Shown here: positions 8,084-17,169 of the stretch, piece by piece | Layout: each line of letters starts with the position of its first letter | Position numbering within the stretch: position 1 is the first letter of the stretch | DNA from: Faecalibaculum rodentium | GTDB taxonomy: Bacteria > Bacillota_I > Bacilli_A > Erysipelotrichales > Erysipelotrichaceae | Length of the DNA stretch: 32,000 bases | Assembly: GCF_001564455.1 (NCBI RefSeq) | Contig: NZ_CP011391.1 | Span: forward strand, 1,800,001-1,832,000 | Direction: 5' to 3' | Notes under the pieces: generated by a model | Told to the model about the DNA's origin: nothing | Database searches by the model: none | The model's input: only the letters and a program-made list of their open reading frames with translations | Made by a program: the position numbers and the translations under genes

Positions 8084-10198
8084 TCAAGCCCTTGCGGCTT
8101 CTTTGCCGCTCTTTGAGGAAGCTGCCCGGGCAGATGCCTTCGGCCAGCCTTTGGTCGTCTTTGCGATCAGCCCGCTGCATGCCAGCAGCAGGGCCGGAAG
8201 AATGAACAGGATGACCAGCACACTGATCAGTGCGCCGCGTCCCAGCAGCGTGCACAGACTCGCGATCATGTCCATTTTTGCGATCATTGCCACACCGGTG
8301 CAGGCCGCGAAGAACGACAGTCCGCTGGTGATGATGGATGTGCTGCTCTTTTCCACACTGATCTGGATCGCCCGGACAGGCGTCTGGCCATTCTGCAGCT
8401 CTTCCCGGAACCGGGAGGTGATCAGGATCGCATAGTCAATGCACGCACCCAGCTGGATCGTGCCGATGACGATGCTCGCAATGAACGGCAGTGTGGTGTG
8501 CGTGAAGAACGGAATGCCCATGTTTACGCTGATGGCAAACTCAATCGCCAGCACCAGGATGAAGGGCAGGGAGAGAGACTTGAAGGTCACGGCAATGATG
8601 GCCAGGATCGCCACGATGGACACGATGTTGACCATCTGGAAATCCACGTTGGTGACCTTGATCAGGTCCTCGTCCAGTGCGCCTTCGCCGCCGATCAGGC
8701 CGTTTTTGTCATATTTGTGCAGGATCTCACGCAGGGTGTCCAGCTGTTTGTTTTCCTCATCCGTCGCCCCGCGATATTCACTGTTGACCACCACCAGGCG
8801 CCGGCCGCCGTTGTGCAGGATGTCTTCAAGCTGTGCCGGCTCGAAGGTGCTTGGCACACCCGGACCGATGTATTTCTCATACGCCAGGACATTGGACACG
8901 CCCTTGACTTCCTCCATCTGCGAGATCATGTCCTGCATGTCCCTGGCAGACACTTTGTCGTCCACGAGCACGAAGTGCGTGGTGTTCATGTTGAATTTTT
9001 CCTTCATCTGTGTCGTGCCCTGCACGCTGGCCATGTCTTCGGGCAGCGTGGCGGTCAGGTCATAGTACTGAGCCACATTGGCCTGGGCATAGATTGCCGG
9101 GATGAACAGCAGGACGAACACCGCGATGATGGCCTTGTAGTGCTTTGTGACAAAGACAGGTGCTTTCTTGACCGGACGGATCAGCACCGGGTGTTTCCAC
9201 TTCTCTATCCACTTGTCGAAGAACATGATCAGCGACGGAAGCACCAGAACCGTGCAGATGACACCCAGGACTACGCCCTTGGCCATGACCAGGCCGATGT
9301 CCTTTCCCAGCGTCAGGCTCATGAAGCACAGGGCCAGGAACCCGGCAATCGTGGTGATGGAAGACGAGGTGATGGACACGAACGTCGCCTGAATGGCAGA
9401 CGCCATGGCTTCCTCGTTTGTCACGCCCGGCTTCGCCTTTTCCTCCTGGTACCGGTGGAGAAGGAAGATGGAATAGTCCATCGTCACCGCCAGCTGCAGG
9501 ATCAGCGCCAGGGCTTTGGTGATGTAGGAAATCTCCCCCAGGAAAATATTGGTTCCCATGTTGTAGATGATCGGGAACGCGATACCCAGCAGGAACACGA
9601 AGGGTGCCACCCAGGACTCCAGCCCCAGACACAGGACCACCAGACACAGCGCCACGGCAATGGCCGAGTAAATCGGGGTCTCTGTCGTGACCAGGTCCCT
9701 GGTGTCCTCGGTAATGGCAGAGAATCCTGCCAGCCAGCAGTCCATCTGTGAATACTGCTTGATCTGCGCAATGGCGTTCATGGTCCGGTCACTGGCCGTC
9801 GGTTCCCTGAAGGTGATGATCAGCATCGTGGAATCGCCGCTGTACAGCATGTCCTGGATGCTTTCTGGGATCGCCTCCCTGGGAACGGACAGATCCAGGA
9901 CTGAATCACGCCAGATCACCTTGTCCACACCGTCGATGCCTTCGATCTGTGTCTTCAGCTTCGCGACATCCTTTTCCGGCATGCCGTTGACCACCAGCAT
10001 ATCCACGCTGGAAAGATTGAAATCATCCCCCAGGACATCCTGTGCCTTCATGCTTTCGGTGTCCTTTGGCAGATACGACAGCAGGTCGTAGTTGACCCGT
10101 GTGTTGAGGTATCCGAATATGCTGGGGATCAGCAGAAGCACCGCGACAAGAAGGATCGCGTTTCTGTGCTTCACGATGAATCGGGATAGTTGTTCCAT
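8084..10198 (-). CDS. MMPL-family (RND superfamily) membrane transporter
   Basis: 704 aa with two blocks of multiple TM helices separated by extracytoplasmic loops, and a typical MMPL N-terminus (FIVKHRNAILLVAVLLLIPSIFGY). Strong SD AAGGAGG 4 nt before the ATG. Confidence 0.9.
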   Translation of the reverse strand: MEQLSRFIVKHRNAILLVAVLLLIPSIFGYLNTRVNYDLLSYLPKDTESMKAQDVLGDDFNLSSVDMLVVNGMPEKDVAKLKTQIEGIDGVDKVIWRDSVLDLSVPREAIPESIQDMLYSGDSTMLIITFREPTASDRTMNAIAQIKQYSQMDCWLAGFSAITEDTRDLVTTETPIYSAIAVALCLVVLCLGLESWVAPFVFLLGIAFPIIYNMGTNIFLGEISYITKALALILQLAVTMDYSIFLLHRYQEEKAKPGVTNEEAMASAIQATFVSITSSSITTIAGFLALCFMSLTLGKDIGLVMAKGVVLGVICTVLVLPSLIMFFDKWIEKWKHPVLIRPVKKAPVFVTKHYKAIIAVFVLLFIPAIYAQANVAQYYDLTATLPEDMASVQGTTQMKEKFNMNTTHFVLVDDKVSARDMQDMISQMEEVKGVSNVLAYEKYIGPGVPSTFEPAQLEDILHNGGRRLVVVNSEYRGATDEENKQLDTLREILHKYDKNGLIGGEGALDEDLIKVTNVDFQMVNIVSIVAILAIIAVTFKSLSLPFILVLAIEFAISVNMGIPFFTHTTLPFIASIVIGTIQLGACIDYAILITSRFREELQNGQTPVRAIQISVEKSSTSIITSGLSFFAACTGVAMIAKMDMIASLCTLLGRGALISVLVILFILPALLLACSGLIAKTTKGWPKASARAASSKSGKEAARA

Positions 10199-10237
10199 AA
10201 CGCCTCCTTGCGTACGTCCACAAGCCTACTCCTGAAA

Positions 10238-10310
10238 TGACCATCGGTCAATTTTCCGCCACTGGACAAAATCCCGGTTCTGTACGGATAAATGACTGGC
10301 GGTCAGTCAT
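10238..10310. promoter_or_regulatory. Two related palindromes in the MMPL/TetR divergent intergenic region (putative TetR operators)
   Basis: TGACC-ATC-GGTCA at 10238-10250 and ATGACTG-GCGGT-CAGTCAT at 10292-10310. Both share a TGAC...GTCA core. Confidence 0.45.
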
Positions 10311-10332
10311 GCTTTGGGCGTACGCTGTAGGC

Positions 10333-11004
10333 ATGAAATCCAAAGTACAGGAAAACAAGAAACAGAAAATGGACCGGCTGGTTGCCTCAGCCAGCCGGCT
10401 GTTTACGGAAACCGGGGTGGAAAAGGTCTCCGTGGAAGAAATTGCCCGGCAGGCAGGCGTGGCCAAGGGCACCTTTTATCTGTATTTCCACGACAAGGAA
10501 CAGCTGAGGGACCTGATCATTTCCCGTGAAGCCGCCAGGCTCTTTGAAACAGCCGATGAATGCCTGCGGACCTCTCCCCAGGCATCCTTTGTAGATGCCG
10601 TGATTTTCATGATCGACAACGTTCTGAGCCAGCTGGAAGCCAGGGCCACCCTGCTGAAGTTCATCCGGCGGTCACTGACCTTCGCTGTTTTCCACGAAAA
10701 CATCAGCGGTCTCATGCAGGAGGAACAGTTTGCCCTCTATCCCCGGTTTCTCGATCTGGCCCAGAGCTATGGCTGGCAGCTGAAAAACCCGTACAAAACG
10801 CTGTTTCTGGTCGTGGAACTGGCATCCGGCACCTGCTATTCCTGTCTGATCGACAGCAAACCCTGTTCCATGGAAGACATGAAGCCGGTCCTGTATTCTT
10901 CCATCCGTGCGATTCTGGAAAGTGCAAAAAAGCCTGTCCAGCCTCCGGCAGCGCGAATCTCCGAAGCTGCTTCGCTGGCTGATGCAAATGCAAATATGGC
11001 GTAA
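10333..11004 (+). CDS. TetR/AcrR family transcriptional regulator
   Basis: N-terminal HTH (VSVEEIARQAGVAKGTFYLYFHDKEQL). Divergent from the MMPL gene. The ATG at 10333 gives a typical TetR N-terminus; the track start 10237 lies inside the operator region. Confidence 0.9.
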   Translation: MKSKVQENKKQKMDRLVASASRLFTETGVEKVSVEEIARQAGVAKGTFYLYFHDKEQLRDLIISREAARLFETADECLRTSPQASFVDAVIFMIDNVLSQLEARATLLKFIRRSLTFAVFHENISGLMQEEQFALYPRFLDLAQSYGWQLKNPYKTLFLVVELASGTCYSCLIDSKPCSMEDMKPVLYSSIRAILESAKKPVQPPAARISEAASLADANANMA

Positions 11005-11069
11005 CCGTCCTGTGCAGGAATGGTCACGCCATTGTTCATGATCGGAGGCTGGGCTGACTGCTGTCAGAG

Positions 11070-11819
11070 TCAGTATTCGGGTAAGGACGGCAGAGCCGGC
11101 GGTTGTCCGGGACGAAGGGAGCCGGTCCTGATCTGCCGGGCAATGGCTTTCAGTTCAGTCTGGATTTCAGCGCCGTTTTCAATCAGTCTGACGGCAGTGG
11201 TCCAGATGATGCGGTTTTCCGCCTCCAGGCTTACAGAGTCCGGATAACCGCATGCATTGACTGTCACCCTGTACTGACAGGGCACCCCGTCAAGTCCGGT
11301 GAAGGAGAGCACCCATTCATTTGAGACAGATCCAGTTTTTTCAGGGGCAGCTTCCAGGCTGGACTCCGGCAGTCCGGGAAACAGCAGCTCTCTGATCATG
11401 GATTTCCATTCTCCGGTCTCGGACACGGCTTCTTTACCTTCCGGCAGGATCTGCTGCAGAATCCAGTCTGTCCCGCTCTCCCTTGTCAGCACAAACGTCG
11501 TATGCTCCGGGGGACTGAATAGATGAACGGTCCAGGTCTCCGAATCAGGCAGCTGGCTTACCTGAACAGCAGATACTCCGGCTTCATTCCGGAAAATCCG
11601 CCAGGTATATCCGTTTCTGATGACCTCGATCCCTGCAGCCTCCCCCAGAGTATCCAGGACCCTGGCAAAGTCTTCATCTTCCCTGCTTTTTCCGGATTCC
11701 CGGCAGGCAGTATACCCCGGGAGGGTGGCAGGTGCAGGCTTTACATCGCCGGACCGTGCGCAGCTGCTCAACAGGCAGGAAGCTGCCAGACAGAGACAGG
11801 CGCTTCTGAATCCACTCAT
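11070..11819 (-). CDS. Hypothetical lipoprotein
   Basis: Lipobox LLSSC after a hydrophobic signal (MSGFRSACLCLAASCLLSSC). SD AAAGGAG upstream. Confidence 0.75.
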   Translation of the reverse strand: MSGFRSACLCLAASCLLSSCARSGDVKPAPATLPGYTACRESGKSREDEDFARVLDTLGEAAGIEVIRNGYTWRIFRNEAGVSAVQVSQLPDSETWTVHLFSPPEHTTFVLTRESGTDWILQQILPEGKEAVSETGEWKSMIRELLFPGLPESSLEAAPEKTGSVSNEWVLSFTGLDGVPCQYRVTVNACGYPDSVSLEAENRIIWTTAVRLIENGAEIQTELKAIARQIRTGSLRPGQPPALPSLPEY

Positions 11820-11854
11820 GTATGATTCACTCCTTTAAAGTCAGACAGAATAAC

Positions 11855-12505
11855 TCAGTAATTCCAGCCAATCCGAGTATGACCGGCCTGATCAAGTTCC
11901 AGCGTTAAATACCAACTACCCGGGACAGCTGTATAACCATCCTGGGTCACAGACCCAACAAAAGTCAAACTGGCTATAGCTGCACTACCTGTCGAAGCAC
12001 TGCCCCTTACAGTCGACAGATTTGAAGAATTCACCGTTACTAAAACACCCGTAATACCAGGATTATATACATTGCGAATCATCGCAGGTGATTTCTGAAC
12101 AGTTGCCTGAAAAGAAGCAGTAACAAAACCATTAGAATAATGAGGCGTTAAAGTACTGGTTCCATTCGGTATAGCTCCCTGGCTCCAAGGACCATAAACA
12201 TATGGAGAAGCAATACCTTCCTCTGGGGTTACATCAAGTGTAATCAGTTCATTTCCAACGTTATAGAGAACTATTGTTCCGTCAAGAACTGCATCATCAA
12301 GAATCGCTGCTTTTTCACCACATTCGTTTTCATAAACCATTACCCCGGGTGTAATATCTCCAGCATCAATTTCATGGTAATCGTTGTTGTCAGCTGCAGA
12401 CACAGGACAAAGAGAAGAAAACAAGGATAGATACAAAGCTGTTGAAGCAGTGAAAATTTTCCTGAAAATGTTCATTGTAATTCTGTAATGATGGTCCAGC
12501 ATCAT
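11855..12505 (-). CDS. Hypothetical small secreted protein in an AT-richer islet
   Basis: Signal peptide (IFTASTALYLSLFSSLCPVSA/ADNN). SD AAAGGA before ATG 12505. Composition is clearly AT-richer than neighbours. No family recognised. Confidence 0.7.
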   Translation of the reverse strand: MMLDHHYRITMNIFRKIFTASTALYLSLFSSLCPVSAADNNDYHEIDAGDITPGVMVYENECGEKAAILDDAVLDGTIVLYNVGNELITLDVTPEEGIASPYVYGPWSQGAIPNGTSTLTPHYSNGFVTASFQATVQKSPAMIRNVYNPGITGVLVTVNSSNLSTVRGSASTGSAAIASLTFVGSVTQDGYTAVPGSWYLTLELDQAGHTRIGWNY

Positions 12506-12562
12506 TGTCCTTTCTTAGTTGGGCACAGCTTACTGTCTTTATACCAAACTGACTGTTATTTC

Positions 12563-12570
12563 GCAATAAA
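12563..12570. repeat. Left copy of the 8-bp IS66 target-site duplication GCAATAAA
   Basis: Identical octamer at 14873-14880, each directly abutting an IS inverted repeat. Confidence 0.9.
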
Positions 12571-12647
12571 GTAAGCGACGTTAATTGCCCATATTAAAAC
12601 AGGACTGATTCCCTGTACCATCATGGTATTGGGGACAGTCCTGTTTT

Positions 12648-14321
12648 CTATTTCTTATACAGATGTCCTGGAAGTGTCCTGGAGTATGGAAGCAGGTCTT
12701 CGAGTACTTCCTCTCTGATCCCTTCGTTCTTCAGCCTTGTCAGCACATATTCGATGTACTTCTCAGGCACCAGCCCATTCATGATTGCCGATTGGCTCAG
12801 ACTGTACCATACTGCTGTTGCTTCCGCTCCTGCTTCCGTGTCCGCAAACAGGAACCCCTTCCGGCCTATCACGAACGGCTTCACCATCCGCTCCGCCAGG
12901 TTATTGTCGATCGGATAGTTCCCATCCTCCAGATAAAGGGCCAGCGAGTCTTTCCTTTTCAGGAAGTAGTTTGCTCCCTTTACTGCTTTCGAACCACTAT
13001 CAAAACTCCGGGCGATCCGCTCCATTCCTGCGATCACCTGGTCAAAAAGCGGTTTAGACTCTTTCTGCCTCAGTTCGTATACTTCTTCCCGACTCAGTTT
13101 CTTCTTTTTCGCTCTGCTCTCCACCTCATAAAGCCTGTTGATGTTCCCAAGTGGCTCCAACAGGATCCCCAGTGCCGGATTCTCCCTGATATGTTTCAGT
13201 TTCATTTCTGTATCGTCTGGCAGATTCTTGAATGTCTGGTAGTCTGCACGGATCTTCACCGCATCATACAGATGCCGCCTCGCATGGGCCATACAACTCA
13301 GATGGATGGCTGCTGTGTAATTATCGTAGCCTTCGAATCCGTCTGACATCAGGGCCTTTTCGAATCCTTCTCCCAGGAATTCCCATACGAACTTCTGGGC
13401 CCTGCTCTTCTTGAACTGATATATGACCATCTGTCTGGCTTCATGCTCTGCGCTGACCCCGACGATCATGTAACAGTTCGTCCGATCCTGATCCCGACTC
13501 ACTTCCAGGCATTTCAGTACGGTCTCATCCATATGGACCACATCACATTCCCTGAAATCCTGTATCATCCTGTCCACCAGAGCTTCTCCATAGATCTGGG
13601 AAGAACGGATCATCCAGCTGGCCATGATACTCCTGCTGAGGTTGAATCCTCTTCGCTGCCAGTCTTGTTCCTGTCTGTAAAGAGGCAGTCCCATGACTGT
13701 TTTCTGGGCTATGATGTGGGACACAAGAGAAGGCGAAGACATCGTATTCTCCAGAAGCGGTGCTTCTTTGCGGGCAGCCGGGATCATCACAGGCTTTCCA
13801 TCCTCATCTTCACAACCTTTGGGGCAGACATAATTATGATCCACTTCCACTTCGACATAGAGGCGCTGCGGAACGTATTTGATGGTCCGGTGTACAGTCG
13901 GTTTCAGCTCCTTCATGGCTGTGCCACATACAGGGCACACCGGGTCCTTGCCTGCATCCGGATACACATCGATGATCTTTTCAGGAAGCGCCTTTGCTTT
14001 CTCCTTCATGGATCTGCGCTTTTTGGGGGACGCCGGTCTCTCTTTGCTCACAGTTTCCAGGACAGCTGATTCATCCAGGTCTTCGGGAGAAGACGTGGAT
14101 GCGATCTCTTCCGCCTCGTTGAACAGGGATATGAAAAGCTGCTCGCTTTTGGAAGCGAAGCGGTCCATGGCCGCCTTCCTGTTGATCTGGTCTTTCAGGA
14201 ACAGGTTGTCGGCCAGGAAGAGAGCGGCATCGACCAGGTCATCATGATCCAGAGATTCGAGGCTTTCTTTCATGGATTTGCGGGTGTAGTTTTCGAAGTC
14301 AAAAGAAGATAAGAAGTCCAT
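12648..14321 (-). CDS. tnpC: IS66 family transposase TnpC
   Basis: 557 aa with Cys-pair zinc-finger region (CPVCGTAMKEL ... CPKGC), a DDE-type core, and IS66-typical length and layout. Confidence 0.92.
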   Translation of the reverse strand: MDFLSSFDFENYTRKSMKESLESLDHDDLVDAALFLADNLFLKDQINRKAAMDRFASKSEQLFISLFNEAEEIASTSSPEDLDESAVLETVSKERPASPKKRRSMKEKAKALPEKIIDVYPDAGKDPVCPVCGTAMKELKPTVHRTIKYVPQRLYVEVEVDHNYVCPKGCEDEDGKPVMIPAARKEAPLLENTMSSPSLVSHIIAQKTVMGLPLYRQEQDWQRRGFNLSRSIMASWMIRSSQIYGEALVDRMIQDFRECDVVHMDETVLKCLEVSRDQDRTNCYMIVGVSAEHEARQMVIYQFKKSRAQKFVWEFLGEGFEKALMSDGFEGYDNYTAAIHLSCMAHARRHLYDAVKIRADYQTFKNLPDDTEMKLKHIRENPALGILLEPLGNINRLYEVESRAKKKKLSREEVYELRQKESKPLFDQVIAGMERIARSFDSGSKAVKGANYFLKRKDSLALYLEDGNYPIDNNLAERMVKPFVIGRKGFLFADTEAGAEATAVWYSLSQSAIMNGLVPEKYIEYVLTRLKNEGIREEVLEDLLPYSRTLPGHLYKK

Positions 14322-14445
14322 GGCAAAAGTATAGGATAAAGAGGAAAAGGGGCAAACTGAAATGCCTTAAATAATTATTATGCTCACAGTTCCAGAAATG
14401 GTTCATTCGATATGACTGAAAACCGTCAGGGATCAGGAGATCTGT

Positions 14446-14799
14446 CTAGATATATTGAGGCATCACATGCCTGAAAGCCCGCTTCTGGTTTATGTCCAGT
14501 CCTTCCAAAAGCCAGTCCAGCTGCTGTGGGGAGATCTGCAGAAACGGATCCGGGGAACTCATCCGCCATTTGAAGGTTCCTTTGCTCAGCTGCTTGTGAA
14601 GGAGCCAGAACCCTGTACCGTCATAATGGAGGAGCTTGAGCTTGTTGTGTCGTTTGTTGGTGAAGACGAACATCGCATTCTGGAATGGATCAGTGTTCAG
14701 GATCGACTGGACATATGTACCCAGTCCATCTATGCCTTTGCGAAAGTCCACAGGTTCAGTGACCAGGTATAATCGGGAAATATCATCAAGTCCAGTCAT
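14446..14799 (-). CDS. tnpB: IS66 family accessory protein TnpB (Orf2)
   Basis: 117 aa, with VDFRKGIDGL ... LKLLHYDGTGFWL ... G.F.W, characteristic of IS66 Orf2. Confidence 0.9.
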   Translation of the reverse strand: MTGLDDISRLYLVTEPVDFRKGIDGLGTYVQSILNTDPFQNAMFVFTNKRHNKLKLLHYDGTGFWLLHKQLSKGTFKWRMSSPDPFLQISPQQLDWLLEGLDINQKRAFRHVMPQYI

Positions 14800-14872
14800 G
14801 TAAAATCCCTCCGTGCCGGTATTGTCCCGCTACGGAGGGATTTGTCATAGATGGGTAATTAACGTCGCTTAC

Positions 14873-14880
14873 GCAATAAA
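14873..14880. repeat. Right copy of the 8-bp IS66 target-site duplication GCAATAAA
   Basis: Identical to 12563-12570. Confidence 0.9.
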
Positions 14881-14970
14881 TAACACATATTTTTCGTTAA
14901 TATTTTGATAATAACGGTAATTAATATTGGATGACATATGCCTCTGTTACCTGTCAGCTTTCTTTCCAGC

Positions 14971-15020
14971 ACAAAAAGCCGGCAAATGACACCAGTCCTG
15001 TCCTGATGCCTTTTGCCGGC
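14971..15020 (-). terminator. Rho-independent terminator of asnS
   Basis: Minus strand reads GCCGGCAAA ... TTTGCCGGC followed by TTTTTGT, 35 nt after the asnS stop. Confidence 0.7.
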
Positions 15021-15054
15021 AGCGTTTTCTTTATTCAGCTTCAGTCTTATTTCG

Positions 15055-16413
15055 TCAGTTGATCAAGTTGCGGGGCGTCCGGGGATACGGCTGCACATCC
15101 CGGATGTTCTGGACACCGGAAAGATACATCAGCATACGGTCAAATCCCAGGCCGAAGCCGGAGTGTCTGCAGCCGCCAAACCGGCGCAGATCCAGGTACC
15201 AGTCCAGGCTGCCCTCGTTCATGCCCAGGTCGTCCATTTTCTTCTTCAGCACATCATAGCGCTCTTCACGCTGACTGCCACCGACCAGTTCCCCCACATA
15301 GGGAACCAGCAGGTCGCAGGCGGCCACGGTTTTGCCATCTTCGTTTTCCCGCATATAGAACGCCTTGATTTCCTTGGGATAGTCTGTCAGGAACACAGGT
15401 CCCTTTACCACCTGTTCGCAGATGTAGCGCTCGTGCTCGCTCTGCAGGTCCATGCCCCAGAAAATGTCCTGGTTCTCGAACTGGTCTTTCGCCTGTTCCA
15501 GGTGTCCGATGGCCTCCGTGTAGGTCATGCGCTTGAAGTCGGACTCCGCCACAGCCTTGACCCGGTTGATGCAGTCTTTGTCAATGGCTTTCTCGAAGAA
15601 CGCCATTTCCTCCGGCGCGTTCTCCAGGACATAGTTGATGCAGTACTTGATCATGTCCTCCACCACATCCATGTTGTCCGAAAGATCCGCAAAGGCCATC
15701 TCCGGCTCAATCATCCAGAACTCACTGGCATGTCTGGTGGTGTTGGAGTTTTCCGCCCGGAACGTGGGACCGAAGGTATACACATTGCGGTACGTCAGCG
15801 CGAAAGGCTCTACATGCAGCTGGCCGGAAACCGTCAGCTGTGCATGTTTCGCGAAGAAATCCTGGTCGTACTTGTCATCCGCCCGTGTGGTGACGGTAAA
15901 GCATTCTCCGGCACCTTCCGCATCGTTGCCCGTGATGATCGGCGTGTGGACATAGACAAACCCGCGGTCCTGGAAGAACCGGTGGATCGCCATGGACAGC
16001 ACACTGCGCAGCCGGAACATGGCGTAATAGGTGTTGGCGCGGGGTCTGACGCTGGGAATCGTCCGGAGGTACTCGAAGCTGTGGCGCTTCTTCTGCAGCG
16101 GATATTCATGGTCGCTGGCCCCCAGCACCTCGACGCTGTCTGCCTGGATCTCGTAGTCCTGCTTTGCGCCCGGCGTGGCCTTCAGGGTGCCGGTGACTTC
16201 AATGGCGCTGCCCAGGGTGATTTTCGACACCGCCTCATAGTCCGCTGTCTGTTCCGGCTTGTACACCACCTGCACATTGGAGAAGGTGCTGCCATCGTTG
16301 AGTTCGATGAATCCGGCCTTTTTGGATCCGCGGTTTGTGCGGACCCAGCCCTGCATCGTGACTTTCTGACCATCCAGGTCCTTGTATGTATCCTTGAGTT
16401 TTACTGCCAACAT
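15055..16413 (-). CDS. asnS: Asparagine--tRNA ligase
   Basis: Class IIb aaRS with N-terminal OB fold and the AsnRS-specific [24 protein letters not shown] motif. SD AGGAGGAG upstream. Confidence 0.95.
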   Translation of the reverse strand: MLAVKLKDTYKDLDGQKVTMQGWVRTNRGSKKAGFIELNDGSTFSNVQVVYKPEQTADYEAVSKITLGSAIEVTGTLKATPGAKQDYEIQADSVEVLGASDHEYPLQKKRHSFEYLRTIPSVRPRANTYYAMFRLRSVLSMAIHRFFQDRGFVYVHTPIITGNDAEGAGECFTVTTRADDKYDQDFFAKHAQLTVSGQLHVEPFALTYRNVYTFGPTFRAENSNTTRHASEFWMIEPEMAFADLSDNMDVVEDMIKYCINYVLENAPEEMAFFEKAIDKDCINRVKAVAESDFKRMTYTEAIGHLEQAKDQFENQDIFWGMDLQSEHERYICEQVVKGPVFLTDYPKEIKAFYMRENEDGKTVAACDLLVPYVGELVGGSQREERYDVLKKKMDDLGMNEGSLDWYLDLRRFGGCRHSGFGLGFDRMLMYLSGVQNIRDVQPYPRTPRNLIN

Positions 16414-16434
16414 AGTCTCTCCTCCTGTTGCCTG

Positions 16435-17079
16435 TCAGTCCCGCTGTCTCTGGGCGGGTTCATTCATGGAATTGGTGATGAACACCAGTTCCTGAATGCT
16501 GGACACCACATCAATGCTCTTGATGACCACCCCACGGGGCACCTTGAAGTGCTGGTGTGTGAAATCGACGATCCCGGTAATGCCGGCCTTGACCAGCCGG
16601 TCCACCGTGGCCTGCACGTCATGGGAAATGGTCAGGATCGCGATGCGGCATCCTTTAGGCATCTTCTCTTCCAGATCGTCCATGCTCCAGACATTGACGC
16701 CGAACTGGCTGCCCTGTTTTTCCGGATCCACGTCAAAGGCACAGGCAACTTCGCCTACCACGTGATCCCATTTGTTGTAGTTCAGCAGGGCCCGTCCCAG
16801 GTTGCCGGCCCCCACCAGGATCAGCTTCTCATCGAAATCCACACCCAGCTGCTGGTTGAAGATGTCGATCAGCCGGTCCACGTCATAGCCGTACCCCTGC
16901 TTGCCCAGGTTTCCCAGAAAAGAAAAATCGCGCCGGATGGTGGTCGGCTCGATATCCACAAAACTGGACAGTTCCCGGGACATGATTCGCTTTATGCCGT
17001 TTTTCTGAAGCCTGCGCAGCGCTTTCAGGTAGACCGGGTAGCGCTGCAGCGTGGCTTTCGGGACATGATTTGTTCGCAT
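16435..17079 (-). CDS. rex: Redox-sensing transcriptional repressor Rex
   Basis: Winged-helix N-terminus (ATLQRYPVYLKALRRLQKNG...ISS.ELS) plus a Rossmann GAGNLGRALL motif. 214 aa. Confidence 0.92.
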   Translation of the reverse strand: MRTNHVPKATLQRYPVYLKALRRLQKNGIKRIMSRELSSFVDIEPTTIRRDFSFLGNLGKQGYGYDVDRLIDIFNQQLGVDFDEKLILVGAGNLGRALLNYNKWDHVVGEVACAFDVDPEKQGSQFGVNVWSMDDLEEKMPKGCRIAILTISHDVQATVDRLVKAGITGIVDFTHQHFKVPRGVVIKSIDVVSSIQELVFITNSMNEPAQRQRD

Positions 17080-17094
17080 AACATCACCGCGCCC

Positions 17095-17124
17095 ATCATA
17101 CCATAGAGAACTTGCGAATGTGAA
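17095..17124 (-). promoter_or_regulatory. Candidate sigma-A promoter of rex-asnS
   Basis: On the minus strand, TTCACA (17124-17119), an 18-nt spacer, then TATGAT (17100-17095), 15 nt upstream of the rex ATG. Confidence 0.35.
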
Positions 17125-17169
17125 AACAATTTAAAAGCTAACAATGTTTCAAGTCACCGGCCTGGTGTT

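Larger units (their letters stand above)
12571..14872 (-). mobile_element. Complete IS66-family insertion sequence (tnpB + tnpC, no tnpA), 2302 bp
   Basis: Terminal inverted repeats GTAAGCGACGTTAATTGCCCAT (12571-12592) and its complement at 14851-14872 match 21/22. They begin with the family-typical GTAAGCG and are flanked by a perfect 8-bp direct repeat. Confidence 0.92.

Noticed and set aside
11005-11069. Terminator between the convergent TetR and lipoprotein genes (CTGAC-tgct-GTCAG).
   Set aside because: The stem is only 5 bp and there is no U-run on either strand. It is not strong enough to report as a feature.
17101-17130. Rex operator overlapping the putative rex promoter (TTGTTTTCACATTCGCAA on the minus strand).
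   Set aside because: It contains one TTCACA half-site, but the palindrome expected for Rex boxes (TTGTGAA-N-TTCACAA type) is not recovered. It is too weak to call.
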